Origin: Octopus vulgaris
Lineage: Eukaryota
NCBI GenBank assembly: GCA_951406725.2
Contig: OX597840.1
Coordinates: 29,388,001 to 29,452,000, forward strand
Direction: 5' to 3'
DNA length: 64,000 nt
Below the pieces are notes generated by a model. The model was not told where the DNA came from. It ran no database searches and worked only from the letters and a program-made list of their open reading frames with translations. Below, one piece after another: positions 39,192-52,465 of this stretch (positions are counted from its first letter, which is position 1; every line of letters starts with the position of its first letter). A program made the position numbers and the translations under genes.

Positions 39192-39591
39192 TCTTCTTTA
39201 TATATAAAAGAGAAGTTGTGTGTCTGTCTCCTACGATTTAGATTCCTAACTACTCCCACATTTTGCGGTGCAGTTTAACCAAAACCAGGTATCTTATAGT
39301 CGTGATTCATATCGAGCCCTTCTGGGTGTTAGCGCGCGTCTACGATGAGTCTACGATTTCAAAAAAATTTACCATAATTTTTTTCCATTTTAATGCATTT
39401 TTTTCGCTATTATATATGGGAAGTAACTCTCTAAAAATGTCTACGATGAGTCAACGATTTAAAAAAAAAATTACCATAATTTTTTTCCATTTTTAATGCA
39501 TTTTTCTGCTATTTTTTGGCTATAACTCTCTAAAAATGCTTATATAGTTATTTCCCTTACAAACCCGAGCAACGCCGGGCGGTACTGCTAG
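39192..39591 (+). mobile_element. Non-autonomous Helitron
   Basis: A|TC 5' end; subterminal hairpin CCCGAGCAACGCCGGG; CTAG|T 3' end. Confidence 0.75.
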
Positions 39592-39614
39592 TTCATTATA
39601 AATGCATAAAGGGT

Positions 39615-39955
39615 AATGACCCCTTTAGTCATGAATGACCATGGGATTGCACTTAGGAACTTCCCTTCTGAGGTACAAATCCAAGCAAGGTTGTTTTATG
39701 GAAGACCAGCAGTCGCCCATGCATACCAGCCTCCCCTCTCCACGCCACCGATGTTATCCAAGGGAAAGGCAAAGGCGCCGATACAGCTTGGTACCAGTGA
39801 TGTCGCAACTCATTTCTACAGCTGAGTGAACTGGAGCAAAGTGAAATAAAGTGTCTTGCTCAAGAACACAAGATTCAGACCAGTCCAGGAATTGAACTCA
39901 CTACCTCATGACTGTGAACCCAACGCTCTAACTACTGAGCCACGCACCTTCACAT
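39615..39955 (-). mobile_element. SINE family E-related
   Basis: tRNA-like head and CTTGAGCAAGACACTTTATTTCA core. Confidence 0.65.
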
Positions 39956-40089
39956 TGGTTATATTATTACATAAACATTCATATTAGTAGCTTCTCATGA
40001 CTAATGAGGATAGTTTGGCAATTTCTAGCTAAACAAGTTGTACACACACACACAAAACACACATACAGAACACATAGGCATGCATATAT

Positions 40090-40128
<39 letters not shown>

Positions 40129-40235
40129 GATAGAGACACAAACACATTTGGCAGATAAGGATACACACTACAAGAAGACAGAATGAACTAAACAGAAGAG
40201 GAAGAAACACATGGATGGAAGAGTCACTGAAGAGG

Positions 40236-40460
40236 TCACAGATGTGTGATGAAAGATTTCCAGACAGAAATTGCTTCGTAGATAAATTCTCCTGGTTGAC
40301 GACAGAGGGCATGACCCAGCCAACGCAGACGTCTCGTTAGGATGACTTGTCGGAGGGAGGTGATTCTGCACTGGTGTCGCACCGAATTGTTGGAAACAAA
40401 GTGATGCCATCGGACAAGAAGGGTGCAGCTTAGATAGAGGTGATCAAAGGATTCTAGTTG
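40236..40460 (-). mobile_element. RTE-like ORF2 C-terminal fragment
   Basis: LLVRWHHFVSNNSV..ILTRRLRWLGHALCR. Confidence 0.65.
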
Positions 40461-40595
40461 CTTAATATCTTCCACCCACCCACCCCAACTTGATGAATAA
40501 AAGTTACCAAAATATTGCAAAAATTTTGACCCAACAAAATAACAATAAAATTAACAGAATGAAGGACTAAATACATATTTTTGACCTTTGACCCT

Positions 40596-40950
40596 TTACT
40601 GGTTTCAGTCATTAGACTGCAGCCATGAATCAATGCCAGTACTTATTATTTCTTCTAAAGCCTGATACATATTCAGTCAATCACTTTTGCTGAACTGCTA
40701 TATCATGGGGATGTAAACACACCAACACCAGTTTTCAAGCTGTGGTGGGGGACAAACACAGATTCAATGGCACACACACTCATATATGGGCTTCTTTCAG
40801 TTTCTCTCTATCAAATCCACTCTGAAGGCTTTGGTCATCCTGATGCTGTAGCAGAAGACACTTGCCCAAGGGTTCCACACAGTGGGACTGAACCAGGAAC
40901 CATGTTGTTGGGAAGCAAGCTTCTTACCATGCATCCACGTCTGCGGTGCC
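40596..40950 (-). mobile_element. SINE family A, diverged
   Basis: Similarity to other copies. Confidence 0.7.
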
Positions 40951-40987
40951 TATGTAAAGTTAATTATATGTAAAGTATATTATTCTC

Positions 40988-41420
40988 ATCATCATCATCA
41001 TCATCATTTAACTCCGTTTCCCATGCTGGCATGGGTTGGACGATTTGACTGAGGACTGGCGAATCAGATGGCTGCACCAGGCTTCAATCTTGATCTGGCA
41101 GAGTTTCTACAGCTGGATGCCCTTCCTAATGCCAACCACTCTGAGAGTGTAGTGGGTGCTTTTATGTACCACCGGCATGGGGCCAGTGAGGCGGTACTGG
41201 CAACAACCTCGCTCGAATCTTTTACACATGCCAGCGGCACAAGTGCCAGTAAGGCAATGCTGGTAATGATCATGCTTGAGTGGTGTCTTTTATGTGCCAC
41301 CAGCACGGAGGCCAGATAGCCACTCTGGCAACGATCATGCTTGGATGGTGCTCTTAATACCCTATTAGCACAGAGCTTGAGTGCCAGTAAGGCGACGCTG
41401 GTAACGATCACGCTCGAATA
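40988..41420 (-). mobile_element. RTE 3'UTR (family B)
   Basis: (CAT)n tail, GGATGCCCTTCCTAATGCCAACC, internal subrepeats; sister copy 61220-61540. Confidence 0.75.
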
Positions 41421-42124
41421 GTACCTTTCAGTGATTAATATTTCCCCAAATGTTACATAATTCATAATTCATATTGACTGGGACATTAAGCTTCACCCAA
41501 TGGCTTATTTATTACTCAGTCACATCATCGGCATGGAAAAGCAACAGCGAAGTTAGTGTGATATCATTAATATCATTTAACGTTGGGATTATCAAAAATC
41601 TAAATGCAAATACTCACACAGTGAGAAAAGACACATGATGAATATAAAATGCCCCATGGAAGCATGCGACGAAACCACCATCAAAGAAAAATGATGAAAT
41701 ATCTCAAGAGAAAGCAATTGAGTTATCTTACGAACTTGCTTTAATATTGATCGGCAGATATCTTTGATGGCACCGGGTACAAACAATGCTTGGAAAATCA
41801 TATTCTGGCTTTGAAGCTGTCGGAGATTCCTAGATTGAAATACATCCGCACCATTAAAATTCTGGTTCTCCAATCTATAAACTCCCAATGGAATATTCTC
41901 CGAATCTCATTACGATCATCAACAGATCGTACATAAAACAATAGCGAAGAAATATATAAAACATATAGATATATAATATATAATAGTAGAGAAATACATA
42001 CATATATATATACATATAAATATATATATATATAGATAGATAGCTGAAATATTGATCTGTGTTCCTATAACACCATCATGAAGAAATAAAAGGAGACTTT
42101 GTTGGTTTTGTTTATTAGGGTGAG

Positions 42125-42184
<60 letters not shown>

Positions 42185-42258
42185 ATATATATGTATAGAA
42201 GTAATCAATAATTTAACCCTTTGTTACTATTATATATATGTATATATATATATGCATA

Positions 42259-42293
<35 letters not shown>

Positions 42294-42294
42294 A

Positions 42295-42349
<55 letters not shown>

Positions 42350-42446
42350 GTGTGTGTATATATATATATATGTATATATATATGTATATATATATATATG
42401 TATATATATATGTATATATATATGTATATATATATATATGTATATA

Positions 42447-42477
<31 letters not shown>

Positions 42478-42677
42478 TACTCTTCTTCTTCTTCTTCTTT
42501 GTATTGCATAATACTTCTTCACTGGAGTGCTGTCATAAAGTAAGTTTTGCGTACAAGTCACAAAGTCCACTTTCAAACAAGTTAAATGTATGTATTGTAA
42601 ATCAGGTAACACAGACACCCACACAGACACCCACACATTCACAGACTCTTGCATATTGTATATATGTATTTTAATCA

Positions 42678-43096
42678 TTTACTTGTTTCAGTCATTTGAC
42701 TGTGGCCATGCTGGAGCACCGCCTTTAGTTGAACAAATCGACACCAGGACTTATTCTTTGTGAGCGTAGTACTTATTCTATCGGTCTCTTTTGCTGAACC
42801 ACTAAGTTACGGGGACATAAACACACCAGCATTGGTTGTCAAGCGGTAGTGGGGTGACAAACACATACACAGAGACACACACACACACACACACATACAC
42901 TACACACACACACATATAAATATACATATATACAACAGGCTTCTTTCAGTTTCCATCTACCAAATCCACTCACAAGGTTTTGGTTAGCCTGAGGCTATAG
43001 AAGAAGACACTTGCCCAAGGTGCCATGCAGTGGGACTGAACCAGGAACCATGTGGTTCGTAAGCAAGCTACTTACTACACAGCCACTCCTACGCCT
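42678..43096 (-). mobile_element. SINE family A
   Basis: Full length. Confidence 0.85.
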
Positions 43097-43162
43097 ATAT
43101 ATATATATAACTGTATAAATATATATATATATATATATATATGCACAAACACATACACACAC

Positions 43163-43400
43163 ACACGGTGATTGAAAAGTAACTCTCTATTTTAATATAC
43201 TTAAATTGTTTATTAATTGCAATTTTTACAAAAAAAAAGGATATGAGAGGAAAGTTTATATTATGAGGTTTTATTTAATATTTGAAACTGGCTCCAGATG
43301 TCACCACCAGCTTCTTGAGTCACTCAGGAATTGCATCAACTGATTTCACCAGGAACTCTTGTGGGATGGAAGACAACTTCTCGTATTTGCCCTTGAAGTA
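43163..43400 (-). mobile_element. Tc1-like transposase C-terminal remnant with terminal repeat
   Basis: LSSIPQEFLVKSVDAIPE*LKKLVVTSGASFKY*; end CACGGTGATTGAAAAGTAAC. Confidence 0.45.
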
Positions 43401-43422
43401 CTTCCATATATATATATATATA

Positions 43423-43560
43423 GGCGCAGGAGTGGCTGTGTGGTAAGTAGCTTGCTTACCAGCCACATGGCACCTTGGGTAAGTGTCTTCTACTATAGCC
43501 TCGGGCCAACCAAAGCCTTGCGAGTGGATTTGGTAGACGGAAACTGAAAGAAGCCCGTCG

Positions 43561-43617
<57 letters not shown>

Positions 43618-43820
43618 AAATGTTTGTGTGTCTGTGTTTGTCCCCCTAGCATTGCTTGACAACCAATGCTGGTGTGTTTATGCCCCCATTACTTAGCGGT
43701 TCGGCAAAAGAGACCGATAGAATAAGTACTGGGCTTACAAAAGAATAAGTCCTGGGGTCGAGTTGCTCGACTAAAGGCGGTGCTCCAGCATGGCCGCAAC
43801 TGAAACAAGTATAAGAGAGT
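43423..43820 (+). mobile_element. SINE family A (B-box deleted)
   Basis: Similarity to other copies. Confidence 0.8.
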
Positions 43821-44858
43821 ATATATATATACATGTATTTATAATGACTTTCAGTTTCCACCTACAAAGTCCACTTACAAGCTTTCGTTGACCGGGAACT
43901 ATAATATAATACAAGTAACTTGCCTGAGGAGGTGGACATAGAGGAGGAGGATAATAACGATGTTGATGATAGTAGCAATGCAGCTGCAGCTATTACTGAT
44001 GCTGTTGTTGAAGATGATGATGATGGTGATGATGATAACGATGCCTCTCCGGTGCTTTTTTATTAGGCACCAGTAGCAGTGAAGTCACCAAGTAACTTGC
44101 AAGACAAAGACCTATCCCCCCCTCCAACGGAGGTGGTGTGGAAGTAATACTGAGGGGCAGAAAACCGAAAATGAGTTTTGTATTGGAGAGTAAACAAGCT
44201 TACTTCAAGGTGGTGGGGAGAAAATGGGGAGCGAGTGAGAAGACGTTGAAGATGTGACGAAGGAACTGGGTCTGGGAAATGTGAGTGGATGGGTAAGTTC
44301 AAAAGATTGCTCAAGGAAAGTGGTAGATGGAGTGGGGTGTGGAATTTAATGAGCTGACCCAGGTAGACGGAGCAGATATTAGGAGGATATGTCATGGAAA
44401 GAAAAGATTCAACGTGGACATAAACAAAAATGTTACTATTTTTTGACAAATTGCTTGTAAGAGAAATTTATAAATCTTGTCTTTTTGTCTCATAAACTGT
44501 AAGTTATATTGCTGAAGAGAAGGATTGGAAAAATCTGGTTCCATTTGATATGGAAAATAAATTATTTTTTGACATCGAATATTCCCATCAGAGTCGTTCA
44601 TTTTTGTGGCAGATGCCAAACTCTCCAATTCTTTGTTTTGGTTCTCCATCATTTAAATTTTATTTTTGGCAACTTGCTGTTACCAAATTCCTGTCTAGTT
44701 ATGCATTGGTTTATATACATACACACATAAAACATATATATCTATACACATATACATAATATATATATGTATATATATATGTGTGTGTCTGTGTGTGTAC
44801 ACATATACACAAAGTCATAAATGACAGAGAAATTGTTTGATGAATCTATATATTGTAA

Positions 44859-44897
<39 letters not shown>

Positions 44898-44907
<10 letters not shown>

Positions 44908-45259
44908 GGCAGTTTGTCTGTGTGTCTGTCAGGTTGTACCCTCACCCTGACCACGGCTTTCAACCGATTCTGATGAAACTTGACACACACATAGCCCAAT
45001 GTCATAATTCAAAACTAACGCAGCGAAAATTTTGAAAAGTTCCCCCAGTTATGAAAAAAATCGATAAATTCGACATGGGGTCGAGAATCAGAAACACAAA
45101 CCACAGACTGTCTAGGAGACGCAACTCGACCTTGTTTAACTCAAAAAAATTTACCATCATTTTTTTCCATTTTTTTGCTATTTTTTGGCTATAACTCTCT
45201 AAAAATGCTTTATAGTTATTTCCCTTACAAACCTGAGCAACGCCGGGCGATACTGCTAG
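44898..45259 (+). mobile_element. Non-autonomous Helitron
   Basis: Same 3' ~110 bp and GAGCAACGCCGGGC..CTAG|T end as 39192-39591. Confidence 0.75.
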
Positions 45260-45265
45260 TATATA

Positions 45266-46412
45266 TATACAATAAAAATGGTAAATAGTTTTTCAGTGGT
45301 TTTTCATACAACCAACAATTATTTACCGGTAAAATTCGGTATGTAAATATGACAATTTCAGCGTCAGGAACTTCTGTAAAGTTCAGTATATAGTAAAAAT
45401 AATTAAAAGGGCGGGCAACAGGCTGCTTCGCCCCATACCGAAGGAATTAGAAATGGCAGTCAAAGACTGTTTTTTCCATTTTCTATAAGTGGAGGTTCCA
45501 TATACGACACACCCTGCGATTCACATATGCAAAATCGGAGTAGCAAATAAACGAAAACAATCTCTTACCGTTAATGATGAACATGTTTCTAGATCACAAG
45601 CTAGAAATTGCTTGATTTCCTTCGTCAACATCATATTCGATAGATTTACCAAATGCCACCAGCCTTCACCTCTGACCAAGCGTCATCAGATAGTGGGGGG
45701 AGGTGTGCAGATGTTAAAACTAAGTAATGACTGGAATCGTAAATTCTCCCTCGGTGTGTCGTATATGGAACCTCCACTTATAGAAAATGGAAAAAACAGT
45801 CTTTGACTGCCATTTCTAATTCCTTCGGTATGCGGCGAAGCAGCCTGTTGCCCGCCCTTTTAATTATTTTTACTATATACTGAACTTTACAGAAGTTCCT
45901 GACGCTGAAATTGTCATATTTACATACCGAATTTTACCGGTAAATAATTGTTGGTTGTATGAAAAACCACTGAAAATTTATTTACCATTTTTATTGTATT
46001 ACCATGTGGATTTCCTATTCCATTGCGATCACCCAGGCAGCGCGCATAGCAGGTTTTTGGAGGGAGAATTTACGATTCCAGTCATTACTTAGTTTTAACA
46101 TCTGCACACCTCCCCCCACTATCTGATGGTGCTTGGTCAGAGGTGAGGGCTGGTGGCATTTGGTAAATCTATCGAATATGATGTTGACGAAGGAAATCAA
46201 GCAATTTCTAGCTTGTGATCTAGAAACATGTTTATCATTAACGGTAAGAGATTGTTTTCGTTTATTTGCTACTCCGATTTTGCGTATGTGAATCGCAGGG
46301 TTTGTCGTATATGGAACCTCCATTTATAGAAAATGGAAAATACAGTCTTTGACTGCCATTTCTAATTCCTTCGGTATGCGGCGAAGCAGCCTGTTGCCCG
46401 CCTTTTTAATTA
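45266..46412. mobile_element. Inverted + partial-tandem element (~546-bp unit) with U3.G8 hammerheads at 45574-45634 (-) and 46178-46238 (+)
   Basis: GTCGTATATGGAACC at 45758 and 46304; 45266-45752 is an inverted copy; AUGAUG UUGACGA..GAA ACAUGU U CAUCAU. Confidence 0.7.
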
Positions 46413-47081
46413 TATATATATATGTATATATATATATGTATACATGTTTACATTTATATGCATATATATATATATATATATATTAAAAAGTTTGGAGTTG
46501 ATGTACAGGTATTATATATTAGATAAAATAAGGTATTCAGAAATCTGGATGGTTTTATATTTTATAAATCATATATTAGCGCTTGCGTCCACACTAGTGG
46601 AGTCATCAGATTGAACTTTTTCAGAAATTTTGTCTCTTTTTATAGTATTATTGAGTGTAGGAGAAGAGAGATATAAGATAGTACAAGAAGGGGAGGAATG
46701 GGGAGAAAGCAAGAGAGAGTGCATGTGTGTGTGTGTGGGGGGGCTTTTGTATCTGAAAGAGTGTCAATGGAAAAGAGAAGGAAAGGAAAAAGGAAGAGAG
46801 AAAGAAGAAAAAATGTGTTGACATTTTTGCAGCTGGCCAGTTCTTTCAATAGAAAATGATTCTTGGCTTTTAGAAATGGCAAACCTAGGTGGCCACTTCA
46901 AGTGGGGGTAAATGTTATTTTCCAAAAGATATCTATACACCACTTCTAACACTATACATACATATATACATACATACATGCATACATAATACATGCATAC
47001 ATCATACATACATACATACATACATACATACATACATACATACATACATACATACATACATACATACATACATACATACAT

Positions 47082-47632
47082 TATGGCTGCCCCCCTCGTT
47101 ATCGAGTATGGTCATTGCACGAAGCTTAAATGTTACTGGTGCTGTGATCGAATGTGACTTTTTAGCCCAGCTAAAGATCTACAATGTCTTGTACAGAATT
47201 GGCAACTAAAACCTTTACTGGTAATAGCCGGCTGTAGTTGTAACTGGGCTTCATGTACCTTTGCATGTCGTTTAAGTCCTCCTGCCGAATTACACTCTCT
47301 TCCACATGCCCGACAGATATGATTAGTAAGGTGTGTTACACCACCACCAGTGGCCAGGTTGTCACTCATCTGTCTCACTTTATGACTACGAAGATGACTC
47401 TTGAGTCCAGCTTTACTGAGGCAGGGTCTTGCACAGACACTGCATGTCAGCATCATAGGAAGACCCTTCTCATTTGGAAGTGTAACAGCGATGCCCTTCC
47501 TGACATCCCTCCTTACTTTCTCATGTGCAACTCGAGATTTCTCAAAAGTGGCTGTCCCCTCGTGCACAATCCTTCTCCACCTGCTACGATCAATAGCTAT
47601 GCCTTCCCATGTGTCAGGAGAGATGCAAGCAT
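47082..47632 (-). mobile_element. RTE-clade LINE 3' end with three C2H2 zinc fingers, inside (CATA)n
   Basis: ISPDTWEGIAIDRSRWRRIVHEG..FE; CSVC..GLKSHLRSH, CRAC..GLKRHAKVH, CQFC..GLKSHIRSQH; frame open. Confidence 0.8.
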
Positions 47633-47661
47633 ATTTATACATACATACATACATACATACA

Positions 47662-47697
<36 letters not shown>

Positions 47698-47699
47698 TA

Positions 47700-47915
47700 T
47701 AAGTTCAGCAAAAATTTAGATTCAAATGAATATGATACTTAATTTAGATGCACCAGAATTTTGTATGGTATTATCCATAAAAATCTGTGGGGTGATTATA
47801 ATCAAAATAAGCAACAAGAATGACTCCGGTAATTTGGTACGATCGTTTCGTACTACATCATTTTATTAAATGTTGTAAGTATTACAGCAGATTTAAGATG
47901 CTGAGTGCTCATCAT
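47700..47915 (-). mobile_element. PLE-like terminal fragment with truncated hammerhead (47835-47914)
   Basis: UGAUGA GCACU..AGUAC GAA ACGAUCGU A; C3 and stem I replaced by (TA)n. Confidence 0.5.
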
Positions 47916-47919
47916 ATAT

Positions 47920-48340
47920 ATAGTTAATAACAGAAAATGGAGAAGAAAAAATGTAATGGATACTTCGTTCATTTTATTTGTATCGCATCAGAAAAATAAT
48001 GGAATGAAAACCGATACATATAAGAAAGCATATTTTCCAGTCTTGAATCATGAAATAACTATATTTTGAAATATTGTCCTCTAATTAGTTACTTTGTAAT
48101 TGAAGACCGGAAAATATACTTTCTACCCTGAAGATATCCTACAAAATATGGTTTTTCACATCTAAATTAGATTGAAACATATGTAAGATTTTTTTGTTGA
48201 TTTTTGGTTGTTTTCTTGATCCAGTTACTTTACTCTTCTCTGTATCACTTTTTCATTCCCTTTCTTTTCTATTGTGATACAAAAATGAACTAAGTGACTG
48301 TTTTATTTTTTCTTCTCCATTTCCTTTTACTAACATTGTA
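47920..48340. mobile_element. Old nested fold-back element with degenerate hammerhead at 48125-48188
   Basis: Imperfect arms 47925-48018 / 48241-48335; CUGAAGA U AUC..GAU U GAA ACAUAUGU A. Confidence 0.45.
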
Positions 48341-48433
48341 ATTTAGTAGACTGTTTAATGCCAGCTGATATCCAGATATTATTATTAACAATTCCTTAGG
48401 AAAAAATTATATCCCCTATATTTGTATATATAC

Positions 48434-48482
<49 letters not shown>

Positions 48483-48678
48483 GATATATATACACATCTA
48501 TATATATCAAGGTAAAAATACACTAATCTATTTATAATATATATATATAGAATATATGATATATATACACATCTATATAGATGTATATATATAGATATAT
48601 ATCTACATATATATATATGAATATATATACATGTATATATGTTATCTATCTATGTATCTATCTGTCTGTCTATATATC

Positions 48679-48726
<48 letters not shown>

Positions 48727-49190
48727 CTCTCTCCCCCTCTCTCTCTGTATGTATATATATATATATATAATAGAGAGAGATACTATTGACAATCCAATAA
48801 TTTATTTATATTATTACATGATCAATAATATTAATATGCTAACATTTTGTTTTTGTACGTAGCTGTTATGTGCGTCACATTTACTTCAAAGAAGTGGCAA
48901 AACAAGAAGGAGGAGGACAGAGAGGAAGTAAAAGAGAAAGAGAGAGAGAGAAGGAGAGAGTGAGAGAGACAGTAGATATATAAATCCAAAGAAAAGTTCA
49001 TGCATAGATATATACACACTGCAAATATTGGATGTCAATTTCACTTTTCATTACCACACGAGGATAAAATTAACTCACAAATGGCTGAGTACTCCACAGA
49101 CATGCATAACATTAACGTAGTTCTCAGGGAGATTCAGCCTCACACAGAATATGACATGGGTGGCCCTTTTGAATTACAGCTACAACTTGA

Positions 49191-49228
<38 letters not shown>

Positions 49229-49296
49229 TGTATTTGTGTGTGTATATAGTATAGCTTAGATAAAACATGTTTGCAATAATAACAATAATAATGATG

Positions 49297-49363
<67 letters not shown>

Positions 49364-49452
49364 GAAGAAGAAGAAGAAGAAGAAGAAACGCAATTACCAA
49401 ACATTCATAAATCCATTTATTATTTCGTTCTTTTGCATTTCAATTTGTACAT

Positions 49453-49590
49453 TTGTACCGAGAAATTTTCAACAACTGCATGCCAGAAGAAATGGAAAAA
49501 CGAATAATTTTATCTCCTAAAAATTCTGACTTTCTTGCAGTAAATGAAAAAGTTTTTAATATTATGCCAGACGCACTTAAAACGTACAGG
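49453..49590 (+). mobile_element. Helitron/PIF1-like helicase fragment
   Basis: EEMEKRIILSPKNSDFLAVNEKVFNIMPDALKTY resembles RAILxPKNxxVxxINxxIL..PG..KTY. Confidence 0.55.
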
Positions 49591-49985
49591 CATCTATATG
49601 TCTGTGGTTTTCAATTGGCTAAAATTACCCAAAATTTGCAAACTTTAAACACTATAAACTGTTTATTTATCGACCTATGGTGAAGATAAATTTCATGTTA
49701 ATAATGAGCATAGAAAACTACACCAAATTTCAAATCAATTGGAACAGAATTCAAGAAATTGAAAAGTAGAAGTGTAATAGAAAACATCCAATACAAGTGT
49801 GCTATCAACAAAGGCCACTGGGAATGCTATGGGAAGGTGGTTTAGTTAAATGATCTGGGACAAGATGGAACATAATGGTACAATGAAGAATCTATTGGAA
49901 GTGCATCGTGACTAGTGGTGTATAACAATATCTCTGATTGTTTGGTCAATAGAGTTGTACAGTGACGTATGTATGTATATGTGTG

Positions 49986-50030
<45 letters not shown>

Positions 50031-50120
50031 TATGAATATATATATGCACATATATATTCAAATACATATATGTCTGTATATATATATATACACACACACA
50101 TATATTTATATGCAAGTTTA

Positions 50121-50155
<35 letters not shown>

Positions 50156-50285
50156 ATGTATGTATGTATGTATATGTATATATACATACAGACACACATA
50201 TGCAAATATATTAATATACATGCGTGTGCATATATAACTATGCATACATGTACATATAAATGTGCGTGTATATATATATATATAT

Positions 50286-51097
50286 ACAAAATTTAGAGGA
50301 CTGACCACTAAAGTGGACAGCCTATATGCTAAACATAGACGTCAAATCGCCATTATCACGAAAAATGTGTTTTATTTCGTATATTTTCATTTGTCTTGCT
50401 TCTTTTTACATTTTGGTTTTTTGCTGAGATTTTTCTTGAGAACATATTCTTCATGGTAATGGCGATTTGACATCTGTGTTTAGCATATGGGCTGCGCACT
50501 TCTATAGGTCAGTCCTTTAAATTTTGCATGTAACACAATATTTAATCTTTGGATTTTTTAAAAATATGCTAAGCCACTGGTTTTAATTGATTAGTATCGA
50601 TTTCTACCCTTATTTAATTTTAAATAAAAACATTTTTCTCTAACCGGTAAATTGACTGCTGTAGTTTATTAACCGCAGAGTAATTTCCAATCTCAGCATG
50701 CCAAAGTGAAGGCATTTGAAAGATATATATAATTTGTAGAACTTTATACATACTGGATTTCGGTTGAGCGTTCTGTATCTAGTTCTGGAAATTGTGTTTT
50801 GTAAACGACAGACTATGCTGATGATCTTGAAGATATTTGTGTGTCTATATACATAAATATTAACAAGTGAAACTAGTTAGTACATAGGTAATCGGTTTTT
50901 ATTTCGTATATTTTCATTTGTCTTGCTTATTTTTACAATTTGTTTTTTTGCTGAGATTTTTCTTGAGAACAAATTCTTTGTGGTAATGGCAATTTGACGT
51001 CTATGTTTAGCATATGGGCTGCCCACTTCTATTGGTCAGTCTTCTAAATTTTACTGGTTTTAATTGATTAATATCAATTTCTACCCTTATTTAATTA
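50286..51097 (+). mobile_element. Partial-tandem (~527-bp unit) element with short 5' inversion, in (TA)n
   Basis: TTTATTTCGTATATTTTCATTTG at 50371 and 50898; 50286-50370 is the inverse of 50440-50527. Confidence 0.75.
50813..50887 (+). ncRNA. Type I hammerhead ribozyme motif
   Basis: CUAUG CUGAUGA U CUUG..CAAG U GAA ACUA-GU-UAGU A CAUAG; intact core and all three stems. Confidence 0.8.
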
Positions 51098-51120
51098 TAC
51101 GTACATACACACACACACAT

Positions 51121-51157
<37 letters not shown>

Positions 51158-51539
51158 CACATATATATATGCATGTATGTATCTATATATATATATATAT
51201 ATATATTTAAGTAGGTGAATGAATTTGTCGTCAGCATGGAGAATTCTTTTGGAATGAAAACATGCTGTCTTCGAAACATGTGTCGAGAGTAAAGGAATTT
51301 TGTTAACATCTTCGTTCGACTCCATTCTTTCATTTATTTATATATATATGTGTGTGTGTGTGTGTGTATGTGTGTGTGTGTATAGTTCTGGTGCAATGTC
51401 TAAATTAGTAGTTGATGAGCAACTGCACTATATTATGGTTTTTAGATTCCAATAAATACAGCTTATATTAGAAATCAGAACCTAATTCCATCATGAGACA
51501 AATCATTATGTTTGTGTACATACTGTAGGTTTGTGGTTG

Positions 51540-52058
51540 CATGTATATTTGCGTATACGGTGTGCATATATACCTATGTGTATATGTGTGTGTGTGTGCA
51601 TGTATGTATTTATAAATGTATATTTATATGTACATGTGTATAAATCAATGTATGCATCATATATACTTTGATGTGCGTGTGTGTATAGATACATGTATGT
51701 ATATATGTATGCATGAATGTATGTATAAATGTAAATATGAATGCATGCATATATATATATATTATATACATATGCGACATGCATATATTATCTTCTGTCA
51801 CCTCCCACACAATAATACATACGCGCATACACATATATATGAATACACACATATTTCATTATACATATTTATATGTATGTATACATACATACACACACAT
51901 ACACAAACATATATATATATATGTGTGTATATATATGTATATGTATATACATATATATTCATATATATATGTATATATATATTTATACATATAGATATAT
52001 GCATACATATATTTGAATATATATATATATGTATATACATATATATGTATATATATAT

Positions 52059-52089
<31 letters not shown>

Positions 52090-52240
52090 GATACATATAT
52101 TTGAATATATATATATACTATATATATATACATATATATGTATATACATGTATATGTATATATATGTGTGTATGTATATATATATATATACATATGTATA
52201 TATATATATGTGTATGTATATTTATATTTATGTATATATA

Positions 52241-52276
<36 letters not shown>

Positions 52277-52372
52277 CGTTCATATATTTGCATAGATATA
52301 TTTATATATACGGATATATATATAAATATATATGTATATACATATATATGTATCTATATATATGTGTATATA

Positions 52373-52435
<63 letters not shown>

Positions 52436-52465
52436 ATACAAACACACACATATATATATACACAA
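51540..52465. repeat. TA/TG/CA low-complexity tract
   Basis: Direct. Confidence 0.9.

Noticed and set aside
44392-44700. Possible L1/Tx1-like ORF2 remnant or exon (minus)
   Set aside because: Resemblance too faint to support by eye
45489-46323. Paired 105/102-aa ORFs as a duplicated gene
   Set aside because: Mirror images from the inverted repeat, antisense to the ribozyme strand, no recognisable domain
47133-47711. Host C2H2 zinc-finger gene
   Set aside because: Start lies in a microsatellite, fingers follow an RTE C-terminal motif, and there are no TGEKP linkers
51205-51335. Hammerhead (stem II hairpin + GAAACATGTGTC)
   Set aside because: No acceptable 5' core or stem I
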